From a virus, in the IMG/VR virus record IMGVR_UViG_3300031227_000032, positions 8,517-72,516 of that record: a DNA stretch of 64,000 nucleotides; one strand, given 5' to 3'. Positions 39,917-49,587 of the stretch are shown one piece after another. The position numbers and the translations under genes were made by a program. The notes under the pieces were generated by a model. It had not been told where the DNA came from and searched no databases. It worked only from the letters and a program-made list of their open reading frames with translations. Numbering within the stretch: position 1 is the first letter of the stretch; each line of letters begins with the position of its first letter.

Positions 39917-41048
39917 TTATCTCGCCAAACAAACTTCGCTGTTGAGTCCGCTTCTTTGCCAACTCTGCATACTCCGGGTTAAGCTCGATCCCTACCCACT
40001 GCCTGCCCAATGTCTCGGCTACTTCGCCTGTCGTGCCGCTGCCGAAGAACGGGTCTAGCACTATGCCGCCTTCAGGACACCCCGCCAGTATGCATCGCCG
40101 TGGTATCTCAGGCGGGAACACTGCGAAGTGCGCGCCGCTGTAGGGCTTGGTAGCGATTGTCCAGACGTTGCGGGCGTTGCGGGTTTCACCTCTGCCGCTG
40201 AGCATTGCTCGAGTACCCTGCTTGCTGGTGTCTGATGCTCGAGATAGGCTATCGCCTTTGTGCGCGATATTCCCGCCGAGCCGCTGATAGCATTGCCGCA
40301 TGCCCGGGAAGTTCACATCTGTTTGATTAGGTTCGCTGATCGCATCCGCGTCATACCAATAATCCATTCCCCGCCACAGGTTAATCCGCCGCCAGTCTGC
40401 CATCATTACTTCGGGTGGCTCAACGTCGGTTTCCTCTCTGGTGTGTTTATTGATCCATCGGTAATCCGTCAGATGCACGTATGACCACTCACGGGAATCA
40501 CGGTGTCGCCAGACGGTTGTGTTACCACTCTTGGTCAGCAGGTAGATATGCTCATGCGCTGACGTTGGGCGATCCTTGCAACTCTCGGGCATCGGGTTAG
40601 GCTTTGCCCAGATGATGTCACTACGCAGCCACCAGCCGTCAGCCCGCAGCGCCAGGGCTACACGGGCGGGGATCATGCACAGGTCTTTGGGTTTGAGTCC
40701 TGGGGGTAGTTTGCGCCGTGGCAATGCAGTTCCTTCCGCTTGCCCAATGTTACGACCAGTGGTGCTGTTCGCCCCTTGTTTGCCTGTCATACATCCAACG
40801 CTGTAGCTATCCCCCAGGTTCAGCCAGCATGTGCCCTCGGGTTTTAGCACGCGCCGCACTTCGGCGAACACCGCTACCATCTTGGCGACATATTCATCCG
40901 GCGTGGATTCAAGGCCGATCTGCTCATCGTTGCCATAGTCACGCAAGCCCCAGTAAGGCGGACTGGTCACACAGCAATCAATGGAATCAGCAGCCATGCC
41001 GCGCAGGATTTCGATACAGTCGCCAACGCGGATGGTGTTAGTCTCCAT
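39897..41048 (-). CDS. DNA methyltransferase (beta class, probably N4-cytosine)
   Basis: VTSPPY, IIWAKPNPMPES, VLDPFFGSGTTG, GIELNPEY. Confidence 0.93.
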   Translation of the reverse strand: METNTIRVGDCIEILRGMAADSIDCCVTSPPYWGLRDYGNDEQIGLESTPDEYVAKMVAVFAEVRRVLKPEGTCWLNLGDSYSVGCMTGKQGANSTTGRNIGQAEGTALPRRKLPPGLKPKDLCMIPARVALALRADGWWLRSDIIWAKPNPMPESCKDRPTSAHEHIYLLTKSGNTTVWRHRDSREWSYVHLTDYRWINKHTREETDVEPPEVMMADWRRINLWRGMDYWYDADAISEPNQTDVNFPGMRQCYQRLGGNIAHKGDSLSRASDTSKQGTRAMLSGRGETRNARNVWTIATKPYSGAHFAVFPPEIPRRCILAGCPEGGIVLDPFFGSGTTGEVAETLGRQWVGIELNPEYAELAKKRTQQRSLFGEINETTPH

Positions 41049-41913
41049 TTAGCTCATCATCCACAACGCGCACTATGGGTTGCTCAGGATCATTGGTTGC
41101 GAAATCATGCACCATCGGATGTTCGCCCGCTTCTGGATGTTCTGCCATCTCCCATGGCGGCTTATCCGTCACTGTCATTATTGATTTAACTTCGCCAATC
41201 TTTACGGGCAAACCATCATCATCCCTGAAACACAGATCGGCTATTGGCTTACGTTTCATCGCATAGACTTCCATCATGTTACCTGGCCATGCGAAGTTGT
41301 ATTTGAATCCTAACAGCTTGCCGATGAACTTAAACCAATCCCACGTATCAGCATAAGGCGTTCCGTGATATGGCAACTCAATATCTGTAATCACCATGCC
41401 GACATGTCGCAAGATGTTACACAGTTCACGTTCGCCGAATGTCACATAGTTATACGCAGGATCGAGTGCCGGTAAGTCACCGAATAGCCTATACACTATG
41501 CTGTCAGTATTGGGCGTTGCGAGGAATATCATGTATCCCCCTGGACGCAAGCGTTCAACGCATTCGCTGATCACTGTTAGCGGATTGTCAAGGTGCTGGA
41601 TAGTGCCACGGAATACTACAACATCGTAGTAATCGTAGCGGTATTTATACGGATGTACTGTGATGCCTTTGCTTGCAGCAATCTCGCGCGCATGGTCTGA
41701 TACTTCGATGCCGTGCTTAGTCCACGTATCGGGGAACATCTGCAGAAAATCGCCGATACCACAGCCGTAGTCCAGAATGCGATGCCGCTTATCGAAGTCA
41801 GGTATCAGCGTTTCGATACGCGCGATCTCCTGTCGGTACATCTCCGCGCGCTTCGGATCGTCGCCGTATGCCGAGAAGTAGTCGGCGTTGTATAGCTTTT
41901 GGGGGCTAGTCAT
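41038..41913 (-). CDS. Class I SAM-dependent methyltransferase (glycan-cluster type)
   Basis: ILDYGCGIG.F, GIEVS, IQHL.NP, LRPGG...TPN. Confidence 0.85.
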   Translation of the reverse strand: MTSPQKLYNADYFSAYGDDPKRAEMYRQEIARIETLIPDFDKRHRILDYGCGIGDFLQMFPDTWTKHGIEVSDHAREIAASKGITVHPYKYRYDYYDVVVFRGTIQHLDNPLTVISECVERLRPGGYMIFLATPNTDSIVYRLFGDLPALDPAYNYVTFGERELCNILRHVGMVITDIELPYHGTPYADTWDWFKFIGKLLGFKYNFAWPGNMMEVYAMKRKPIADLCFRDDDGLPVKIGEVKSIMTVTDKPPWEMAEHPEAGEHPMVHDFATNDPEQPIVRVVDDELNGD

Positions 41914-41923
41914 GTTTACTCCC

Positions 41924-42145
41924 TTACTCTACTCTGCGCTTGACTCCAGCGCAATACACATAACGTGGTTTATCACTGCTGTACATGCCGTCAAACTCCG
42001 CGCGTGATTCGGGCTTGCGCAGTGCGGCCTTGCGGCGTTTCAGCTTGTCAATCACGTTATCAACCTCATGCCACGAGCGCGGGTCGATGCCGCCTAAGCT
42101 GAACTCCAGATCAGAGATTGTAGCGTCAATGTCGCGTTTAGTCAT
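41924..42145 (-). CDS. Small hypothetical protein
   Basis: Coupled ORF. Confidence 0.6.
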   Translation of the reverse strand: MTKRDIDATISDLEFSLGGIDPRSWHEVDNVIDKLKRRKAALRKPESRAEFDGMYSSDKPRYVYCAGVKRRVE

Positions 42146-42408
42146 CGCAGACTGCTCTCAGTGATGTTCATTTCCTTTGCGAACTCCAATATATCCGTCG
42201 TGATGTTCCCCGCCTCATCTGTGCAATTGTTAGCAACGGCGGTTCGCAAGTCACCCTCAAGCCGATTCAGCCGCGCCTCGCCGTCATTAACCCATTGCGT
42301 TGTTTCGTCAATGCCAGGGACATTGCCAGCCCACTCAATCATACCACGTTTATCATCAATGGTGGCATGCATAGATGCGATATAACGCTCAATTAAATTA
42401 TTATCCAT
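42142..42408 (-). CDS. Hypothetical protein, leaderless moron
   Basis: Promoter 42415..42443 TTGACA-17-TATGAT, ATG 6 nt later. Confidence 0.7.
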   Translation of the reverse strand: MDNNLIERYIASMHATIDDKRGMIEWAGNVPGIDETTQWVNDGEARLNRLEGDLRTAVANNCTDEAGNITTDILEFAKEMNITESSLR

Positions 42409-42447
42409 ACCACCATCATACCACACTACCGAGCATTTGTCAACCCC

Positions 42448-43242
42448 TCATCGCGCATCCTGTTTCCATGCCGCGCGTTTCGCGCAGGTATCCAGTGCAT
42501 CAGCTTGGGCAATGTTCGCCGCCCCGATCTTGTCAACCTGCGCCGCCGCCTCGTTTGCTGTATCATGCACTGAGAATGTAAGCCCATATCCGCCGTGCCA
42601 AACAAGTTCATACCAAATGGCGCGGTAACGGGTTTCGTCTAATGCGTTCGTCTCGGCGATGATCTCTGGCAGTATGCGTAGGAAACGCTGATGGTCAGGC
42701 ATTTTAGTATATGGCGTCTCACTGTAATAATCAATATCATTGGCGTGGCTTACCTGATCAATGTGTTCGGCATGTTCGAGCGCCGCCAGCATGCTTTCAA
42801 ATCCTAACCTTTTGATAACCGCCTTTTTCCAGTCCCAGCAACTGCCGCCATCAGTGAAACCTCAACCGCCAGATGATGATGATGTTCCTTTCTGCACACC
42901 TCCCCAATAAATATCATATTGATCGCCGTCTTTGATTATCCATGCTGGCTTATGCAAATCACTCAATGCGCATTTAGCAACATATGTGGTACGTTGTGTA
43001 TTGCATAATGAATATCGGATAGCGTATATTGGGAGCGCACATAATACCAATATACACAGGGCCATAATGACTATACATATCGTTGATCCCACACAGGCGA
43101 CTTCAGACATCTCATGCCCATCTGCCGCAGATTGGGTAATGTATGCGTATTGTGGCCCTGCCACTTCATCACACGAACAAGTTAGCGTAACTATCAGCAA
43201 TATACTGATTAACGCAACTGCAAATTGCAAATGTTTGTTCAT
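42448..43242 (-). CDS. Membrane/lipoprotein moron with in-frame UGA at 42862-42864 (joins ORFs 42862.. and 42448..)
   Basis: Leaderless promoter 43249..43277; frame open across SSGG*GFTDGGSCWDW...ESMLAALEH. Confidence 0.6.
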
Positions 43243-43274
43243 GCTTACACTATACCACACTCCGCGCCGTTTGT

Positions 43275-43754
43275 CTAGTACCACGTATCTCTTTTCTTTG
43301 CAATGATATCATCTTGCTTAGCCTGCAGCCTTTGGGCTAAATCCTGCTCCGCTAATTGCCGTGTGGCGTGAATAGTTTGAACCACTTCACACCATTCATA
43401 CTGCTCTGACCATGAAGATGTACCACAGCCGTCTATGGTATCACTGCCGTGCGTGTAGTGATTCGTTTCAGACTTTAACTCATATACGCACACTGCGTAA
43501 CGCTGCTCGCCTAGCTCATTTTGCTCAGTTTCAATCCACGGGTCTCTGGCAAGGTCTTTCACTCTGACGGCGCGTTTACGGGCGCAATAACGGATTATTG
43601 CAATCCCACCGAATATTGATAATACCATTATCCCTGATGCGACTACTATGTACAGCAGATTGCCAGACGCGAGCGGTGGTATCAAGCATAGCGGACATAC
43701 CAATAAAAGCATTCCGATTATAATAGTTTCATCACTCATGCCATATGTGTCCAT
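43275..43754 (-). CDS. Two-TM membrane protein, leaderless moron
   Basis: Promoter 43761..43789; two hydrophobic helices. Confidence 0.7.
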   Translation of the reverse strand: MDTYGMSDETIIIGMLLLVCPLCLIPPLASGNLLYIVVASGIMVLSIFGGIAIIRYCARKRAVRVKDLARDPWIETEQNELGEQRYAVCVYELKSETNHYTHGSDTIDGCGTSSWSEQYEWCEVVQTIHATRQLAEQDLAQRLQAKQDDIIAKKRDTWY

Positions 43755-43785
43755 ACTACCATCATACCACACTATCGCGCTTTTG

Positions 43786-45024
43786 TCAACCCCAGACCAC
43801 GCATTCATCACGCATCCTGTTTATCCACGTCAGCAGTTGCCAGTAATCCAACTCCAGCCCATGCGCAATATCCAGCACTGACAGCCTGCCGTCCAGCAAA
43901 TCGAGCACGTCGGCGTATTTCAGATTGAGTTGCCGATCCTGTCGCCAGTCTACCCATAGCCCATGCTTCGATAAACAGATCGGCCCTTGCCCCGTGCGTT
44001 GCGGATACCAGTCGCTATCCATCATATCCAGCAGATCAGCAACGCGGTTAGCGGCGTCCATTATCAAGCTGGGGTGTAGGCGCTCCGCAGTGTCCAGGCT
44101 CGTGTGATAGCCGTAATATGGCACCTCACCTTTCGCCCAGCAACGCGCACGGCTTATACTGACAGCTGGGATGCCGACGTTGTTATACACCTTTTCATCA
44201 TTGCTTACAACGGTGCGGTATGGCTCGGCCTCATCACAGACCAGCACGCCAGCTTTGTCAATCAGCGATTCATCGAACGGCGAGTGCTGTAATACTAGCC
44301 TGTTATCATTGCCCAGCATATCCAGCGCGATAGCGTAGCGGATGTTATGCTGCTCGTTCGCCAAGTATGCGATAGTGCCGATGGTCTCAGGTAGCCACAG
44401 AAATCTCAACCCATACTTACGCGGCGTATCGCGGAGTCGCTTCACAAGCTCGACCATCGCAACGCAACCTGACGCATCATCGTTCGCCTGCATCGGATGG
44501 CAGACGTGCGCTGTCAGCACAATCTCGGCGTCAAGCGTGCCAGGTAGGTACACCTCGCCGATGGCAAGTTCGCCGTCGCTAAACTCGCTGTCGATAAGCA
44601 CGCGGTATTCGTCAGCATCGAACTCGTGTAGGCGGTCATGCTGAATGCAGAATGCCCACGCTGGTTCGTAGTATGAAAACTCAAACGGGATACCCGCTGG
44701 GCAATCCTCACGACTGCGCACATGTTTCATCAGCTCGTTATGGCTGATCGCAGTATCGACCGCCGTGCTGTAGCTCATCACGTGCAGCGGATGGTCGTCA
44801 GTGGATACGATGATACTACCGTCGGGACGTGCGATGTATGCTGTGCGGCACTCCCACTTCGGCGGTATCGTCCAGTCCCATACCTCACTGCCGGTCGGGT
44901 AGCGATGTATTTGCAGCTCCGGTAGGCGTGCGGCAATCGCGCCAAGTGCCGTATCGTAGCCGTCTGAGATGAGGTCACGGCGGTATGCGCTGATTTCGTG
45001 AAGTAGGTTTTGCATAGTTGACAT
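43786..45024 (-). CDS. DUF4910 aminopeptidase-like polysaccharide biosynthesis protein
   Basis: DWTIPPKW, PLHVMSYS, HVCHP.QANDDASG, PETIGTIAYL, YHTSLD, C-terminal winged helix. Confidence 0.85.
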   Translation of the reverse strand: MSTMQNLLHEISAYRRDLISDGYDTALGAIAARLPELQIHRYPTGSEVWDWTIPPKWECRTAYIARPDGSIIVSTDDHPLHVMSYSTAVDTAISHNELMKHVRSREDCPAGIPFEFSYYEPAWAFCIQHDRLHEFDADEYRVLIDSEFSDGELAIGEVYLPGTLDAEIVLTAHVCHPMQANDDASGCVAMVELVKRLRDTPRKYGLRFLWLPETIGTIAYLANEQHNIRYAIALDMLGNDNRLVLQHSPFDESLIDKAGVLVCDEAEPYRTVVSNDEKVYNNVGIPAVSISRARCWAKGEVPYYGYHTSLDTAERLHPSLIMDAANRVADLLDMMDSDWYPQRTGQGPICLSKHGLWVDWRQDRQLNLKYADVLDLLDGRLSVLDIAHGLELDYWQLLTWINRMRDECVVWG

Positions 45025-45052
45025 TTAGCGTGATGTGTGGTATAGTGATGGT

Positions 45053-45238
45053 ATGAGGATTATCAAGATAGTCGCTGCATTCTTTTTATTCTGCGTGCTG
45101 GCGTCAATCCCAATATCATTACAACCTGAGGTTGGCGGCTATCTCAACGCATTAGTCGCAACAATTGCCGTGATGGTTGTAGGATTGCTGATCGTCGTTC
45201 CGGTCGTGCTATTGCTGGCATCAGCAAGCGACCACTAA
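45053..45238 (+). CDS. Small two-TM membrane protein, leaderless antisense moron
   Basis: Promoter 45018..45046 TTGACA-17-TATAGT. Confidence 0.65.
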   Translation: MRIIKIVAAFFLFCVLASIPISLQPEVGGYLNALVATIAVMVVGLLIVVPVVLLLASASDH

Positions 45239-45243
45239 TACCG

Positions 45244-46890
45244 CTACTTATCCGTCCCTGGTAGTAACTGTTTCACCGCTTTATTCAGTCTGCACAGCGA
45301 GCTTGGCCCGTAGTGTCCTAGTGATATACGCGGATCGAGACTGCCCAGCACCATATTCATTCCAGCAGCCATACTACCAAATGGTTTTTGCGGTGGCCCT
45401 GTAGGCGGTTCCTGGTAGTCATAGTAATGCGTGCGGTTATTGCAGTAGTCTAGTCCGATCATGTGTATCGTCTTGACGTTCGGAAAACTCGCCGCAAGCT
45501 GTACCGCTCTGGATGAAATGCCGCCTGCGCCGTTCAGATTGAACGCCTCAAACTTCGCATCATTACGTCTAGGCGGTAGATGCTCGAACTCGTAATGATC
45601 GAACGGATAACCGCCTGCCGCCTCCAGTAGCTTATGCCCGATCAGGTGTACATTGCCCCGTAGGTTGCGCCAGATACGCGGATACTTCCAGGCATCAATG
45701 TTCATCACTAAAAACAGATCAGCGTCCACAACTCCGCAACCTGCGTTAACGGAGATCACGGTATATTTGCTCAAGTCTACTTTGTCGATGTACAACGCGG
45801 TAGGCCCACTGCCGACGACCAGCACCTTATCGGTAGGCTGGAAATCCTCTGCGAACTTCTCTATCTTGCCAAGGCACTTACCCTGGACGTTCATCGGCGG
45901 CGATGCGTTAGGCTTGCTCAATGTCGTTTTATGCATGTCACCATATGTTATCAGCATATCGCGTTCCTGCTGTAGCCAGAACTCCGCCTCGTATGCTGAA
46001 AACTTGCTGCTCTGAATGCGCGATAGTGTGGGCTTTAACGCTCGCAGGTAATCGCCCGTTACAACCTTAGCGCCCTCATCTAAATAATCCAGTAACAGAT
46101 TGCCGCCTGGATGCTCGTGCAACATCGGCACGCCTGCGTTATAGACCGGCACGCTTGCCATAAGTGACTCATACGCGGCAGTAGAATTGATAGTGACTGT
46201 CGCATCAGGCCATCCGAAACTCAGCTTACCCTTGTCAACCTTCACGCCGTCTATCGGATGCTGTAAATACGGATCGTTGTAGACCTGCTCGCCGTTTACT
46301 TCGCGTGATTCCTTGACTCGATTCAGCGTCTTAGGATGCGGACGGTATTTAATCTCCGCGTCAGGTAGTATCGTGCGAACGTCTTTAACTAACCGCAGTG
46401 AGTCATACCCCCTACTGCCGTATTGCAACGCCTGATCGCCCGTCACCTGTCCAATGATCAACACCTTGCGGATAGGCTGGCCTGTCGCTATTGCCGCCTC
46501 CGCCGCCATGCGCTGCGGTGAGGTGACGTAACGTAGGTAGGTATCGTCGGTGTATAAGCCCCAATCGAAGCGTGACGTTTCGTAGTGGTCTACCACGCCT
46601 AGCCCGTGATGCCAGTAGTTTATGCCAGCGTGACGGAATAGCCGCGAACGGAAATCACGATGCCCTGAATACTCACTACAGAATACAGTATCAACACGGT
46701 GGTCTAAGCATTGTGCTAACAATTCCTCATCGGTATACGCAAGGTCATCCAGCACATACACCTGGCCGAACGCGCTGAACATCGGACGTAACCTGTTGCT
46801 CCGGATATGCGGCACCATGTGAGTCGTTACCGCCACGATACGGTTAGCAAGCGGTGTGCTCTGGTCAGTTGTAGAGTGTAGTAGTTGCAT
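45244..46890 (-). CDS. Fusion of a KpsS/KpsC-like glycosyltransferase and a DUF115/Maf-like domain
   Basis: GQVTGDQAL, YRPHP, VTINSTAAYESL; then VVGSGP..ISVN..IGLDY...HYY. Confidence 0.75.
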   Translation of the reverse strand: MQLLHSTTDQSTPLANRIVAVTTHMVPHIRSNRLRPMFSAFGQVYVLDDLAYTDEELLAQCLDHRVDTVFCSEYSGHRDFRSRLFRHAGINYWHHGLGVVDHYETSRFDWGLYTDDTYLRYVTSPQRMAAEAAIATGQPIRKVLIIGQVTGDQALQYGSRGYDSLRLVKDVRTILPDAEIKYRPHPKTLNRVKESREVNGEQVYNDPYLQHPIDGVKVDKGKLSFGWPDATVTINSTAAYESLMASVPVYNAGVPMLHEHPGGNLLLDYLDEGAKVVTGDYLRALKPTLSRIQSSKFSAYEAEFWLQQERDMLITYGDMHKTTLSKPNASPPMNVQGKCLGKIEKFAEDFQPTDKVLVVGSGPTALYIDKVDLSKYTVISVNAGCGVVDADLFLVMNIDAWKYPRIWRNLRGNVHLIGHKLLEAAGGYPFDHYEFEHLPPRRNDAKFEAFNLNGAGGISSRAVQLAASFPNVKTIHMIGLDYCNNRTHYYDYQEPPTGPPQKPFGSMAAGMNMVLGSLDPRISLGHYGPSSLCRLNKAVKQLLPGTDK

Positions 46891-46893
46891 AGG

Positions 46894-47637
46894 TTATCTA
46901 GGCTGGTCTGCTTGCCATTGTCTGATGCTCGCTTCGTTGCGTGGCTGAGTGTCCGCTATCCATTGCGCGAGTGCTGGGTTAAGCGGGCCTTTGTGACGTT
47001 TCATCCAGGTGTAGGGATCGCGGGCATGCTTGGAGTAATTACACCGCTGGCACGCTGGTATGATGTTATCTTGTGTGTATGGCCCATCATTGTCTTGTGC
47101 AATGAAATGTTCCTGATGAAACTCTTTACCTATTTCTGATTCTGTCCGATTGCAATATGCGCACCGGTGATTAAACAGCATCCATGTATCTTGTCGTTGT
47201 TTTGGTGTCAGTGTGTCCGGCAAGTTGGCTTTGCGCGCTCTGCGACGTTGGTCTTTCATCCGGCATAGTTCTCTGCCCCTGTCAGTTGCGCGGTATACTT
47301 TACCATATTTAGCAGTCCTGTCTTTATGAACCTCGCGCCAGATCTTGATGCGATCATGATTTCGCTCATATCGCGCCTTTCTACATGCGGCAATATTCTC
47401 TTTGTTTGCTTCACAGTATGCCTTGCGAGTTACGGCAATCTTGTCTTTGTAATCTACACGATATGATTTGTCACGTGCGGCTTTGCGGTCTTTGTTGGCT
47501 TCATAGTACGCCTTGTCAGACATCTTCATGCACATTTTACATGCGCTCTGCAATCCGTCCCGTTTCCCTTTATGCTTATAAAACTCGCCAACAGGCTTCA
47601 CTTCCCCACACTTGCTGCATCGCTTAGTCTTACACAT
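46894..47637 (-). CDS. HNH homing endonuclease, leaderless
   Basis: N-terminal CSKC...CKMC; CAYC...EHFIA...NIIPACQRCNYSK; promoter 47644..47672. Confidence 0.88.
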   Translation of the reverse strand: MCKTKRCSKCGEVKPVGEFYKHKGKRDGLQSACKMCMKMSDKAYYEANKDRKAARDKSYRVDYKDKIAVTRKAYCEANKENIAACRKARYERNHDRIKIWREVHKDRTAKYGKVYRATDRGRELCRMKDQRRRARKANLPDTLTPKQRQDTWMLFNHRCAYCNRTESEIGKEFHQEHFIAQDNDGPYTQDNIIPACQRCNYSKHARDPYTWMKRHKGPLNPALAQWIADTQPRNEASIRQWQADQPR

Positions 47638-47711
47638 AGCTACAGTATACCACGGCTAGCGCGGAATGTCAAGTGGTTATGAATACTACACCGCGCAAAT
47701 GTCAAGTGAAT

Positions 47712-47751
47712 GAAACGGGCGACCCTAACGGCCCCAACATCAGAGCCGCCC
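47712..47751 (-). terminator. Long hairpin after the capsid genes (terminator or processing site)
   Basis: CGGGCGGCTCTGATG / CGTTAGGGTCGCCCG stem followed by TTT. Confidence 0.6.
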
Positions 47752-47799
47752 GCGCAAAGGAGTTAATAGTAGTAACCTCGTAAGGCTACAGGTAGATTG

Positions 47800-48267
47800 C
47801 TATGCTGGATTCAGCAGATTGCCGCTAGCAGGCACGTTACCGTGACCACGAATCGCATGCACGCCGATAATGACACCGTAAGACCACGAGCCAGTCAGCG
47901 TGATATAGACGCGGTAGAAATCGTAGTCCGGGTCAATCTTGACGCCCGCCATATAACTCTCGCTGATCTCTGTGTCATCGTTGACGAATCCGAAAGCATT
48001 GGATGTGCTCTCGCCGTCCTTGCTGATCAGATCAGTTGCGGCGCAATCGGTATAGGTTCCGCCGAGCGTGGTACATTTCTGTACCTTGCAAGTGACATAA
48101 ACGGTTGACCCGAGCGTATCGCTGGAAGCGCCATAGTCCACTAGGAACGTGAGTGAGTTCCATCCGCCCATGTCAATGCCCGTCACTTCCGTAGTGGCAG
48201 CACTGATAAGGATTGGCGACTGCAGTTTCTCAATAGATTGAGTATCAACGTTGCTTTGACTAGCCAT
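47800..48267 (-). CDS. Putative capsid decoration/cement protein
   Basis: Directly after the major capsid gene; beta-sandwich-like pattern (IDM.G....F, YRVYITLTG). Confidence 0.6.
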   Translation of the reverse strand: MASQSNVDTQSIEKLQSPILISAATTEVTGIDMGGWNSLTFLVDYGASSDTLGSTVYVTCKVQKCTTLGGTYTDCAATDLISKDGESTSNAFGFVNDDTEISESYMAGVKIDPDYDFYRVYITLTGSWSYGVIIGVHAIRGHGNVPASGNLLNPA

Positions 48268-49556
48268 TAGGTGATCTCCAGAATTTTGATTGCTTCACTC
48301 TGTGCGACCTTGCCACCATAACGCGCATACCACTTGAATACCACGTTCGGGCTTGAGCTGAACGGATCACGCAGAATCCATACGTCCTTACGTCGCACAA
48401 TACGGTAGCCCTCGCGGAAATCGCCTAGCATCAGCGGCTTATTCCCGTCAACAGCATCATTGTCCATAGACTGCGAAATGTCATACGGACGCCCCGCGAG
48501 CATGACCGGCGGGCCTTCCTTCAGATTGCGCTGCCAGATGAATCCACCGTTATCGTCTTCGAGCTTCATTGCCTTACCCAGCACAGTCGCATTCATCAGG
48601 AATGTCGAACTATTCTGGTAGCGTGGCAGCAGTCCCGTACCGTCGTCGCCGTTACCGGAAAGCAGCGAATAGAAGTCAACCGCTTCGAGTAACCAAGTGC
48701 TCGTGTCATTGCCGGCCACGAGGTCAACGTCAGAGGTAGAGATGATACCTTCCGGCTTGCCGTTGCCATCACCTTCCAGGAAGGCGACTCCCAGCGTATA
48801 GCCGATAGCCTCGCCAGCGTCCTTAGTCAGCTCGTTTTCCATGTAACTAACATCCTGCAGCAACGAAGTGGTAGCAGGGGTGTTGACGCCTACAATGTGA
48901 ATCGGAATACTGACCAGGTTATAAACCGACTGACTCGCGGTCGCATCGCTTTCCTCGCCAACCCAGTAACCGGTAGGCCCAGCAGAGCGCCGACTAAACC
49001 GATACTCGTTGGAGTTTTCCAGCGTAACTACGCGAGCATACTTCATAATCGGATCAACGCTGACGGTGTTCTTAACAATCTCATCAGTCTGTTCCGGAGT
49101 GACAAGGAAACCGCCAGCGGTAGCCACGCCCTCAGACAATGCGCGGGTAGCAATAGCCTGAAATTCCTGACGCGCCATAAACTCCTTAGCGAGCCCAGGA
49201 TTATCGTCACGCATAAACGCATGACTAGCGACGCGGTGCTCTTCTTTCAGCACGTCAGTTTCGCCAGCGGCATTACTCCGCGACAGCTTAGTGTCCAGTT
49301 CGTCAATGCGAGATTCCAGCGCTTCAGTAGCATCTTCGCGTGCCAGCTTATCAGCGTCATTGGCAACCCGCGCCTCGCCGACCTCTTTAGTAACGCCGAC
49401 TACTTCTTCAGTGATGCGAGCAAACATTTCGTCAACGTCGCTGCGGGCAACCTTGCTGCCCAAGAGCGTTTGCATTTCCTCAACGTGCTCGCCAATGTCG
49501 CCGAGCCGATTCTGTAAATCGGTGCCCAGCTTTTCAAAATTAAATTCGGTACTCAT
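48267..49556 (-). CDS. Major capsid protein (HK97 family)
   Basis: Coiled-coil delta domain; GGFLVTPE, WVGE, FLEGDGNGKPEGI, KLEDDNGGFIWQ, GDF..GY.I, RYGG. Confidence 0.95.
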   Translation of the reverse strand: MSTEFNFEKLGTDLQNRLGDIGEHVEEMQTLLGSKVARSDVDEMFARITEEVVGVTKEVGEARVANDADKLAREDATEALESRIDELDTKLSRSNAAGETDVLKEEHRVASHAFMRDDNPGLAKEFMARQEFQAIATRALSEGVATAGGFLVTPEQTDEIVKNTVSVDPIMKYARVVTLENSNEYRFSRRSAGPTGYWVGEESDATASQSVYNLVSIPIHIVGVNTPATTSLLQDVSYMENELTKDAGEAIGYTLGVAFLEGDGNGKPEGIISTSDVDLVAGNDTSTWLLEAVDFYSLLSGNGDDGTGLLPRYQNSSTFLMNATVLGKAMKLEDDNGGFIWQRNLKEGPPVMLAGRPYDISQSMDNDAVDGNKPLMLGDFREGYRIVRRKDVWILRDPFSSSPNVVFKWYARYGGKVAQSEAIKILEIT

Positions 49557-49587
49557 AGATTCCTCCGATGAGTAAAGTAAATGTGTG

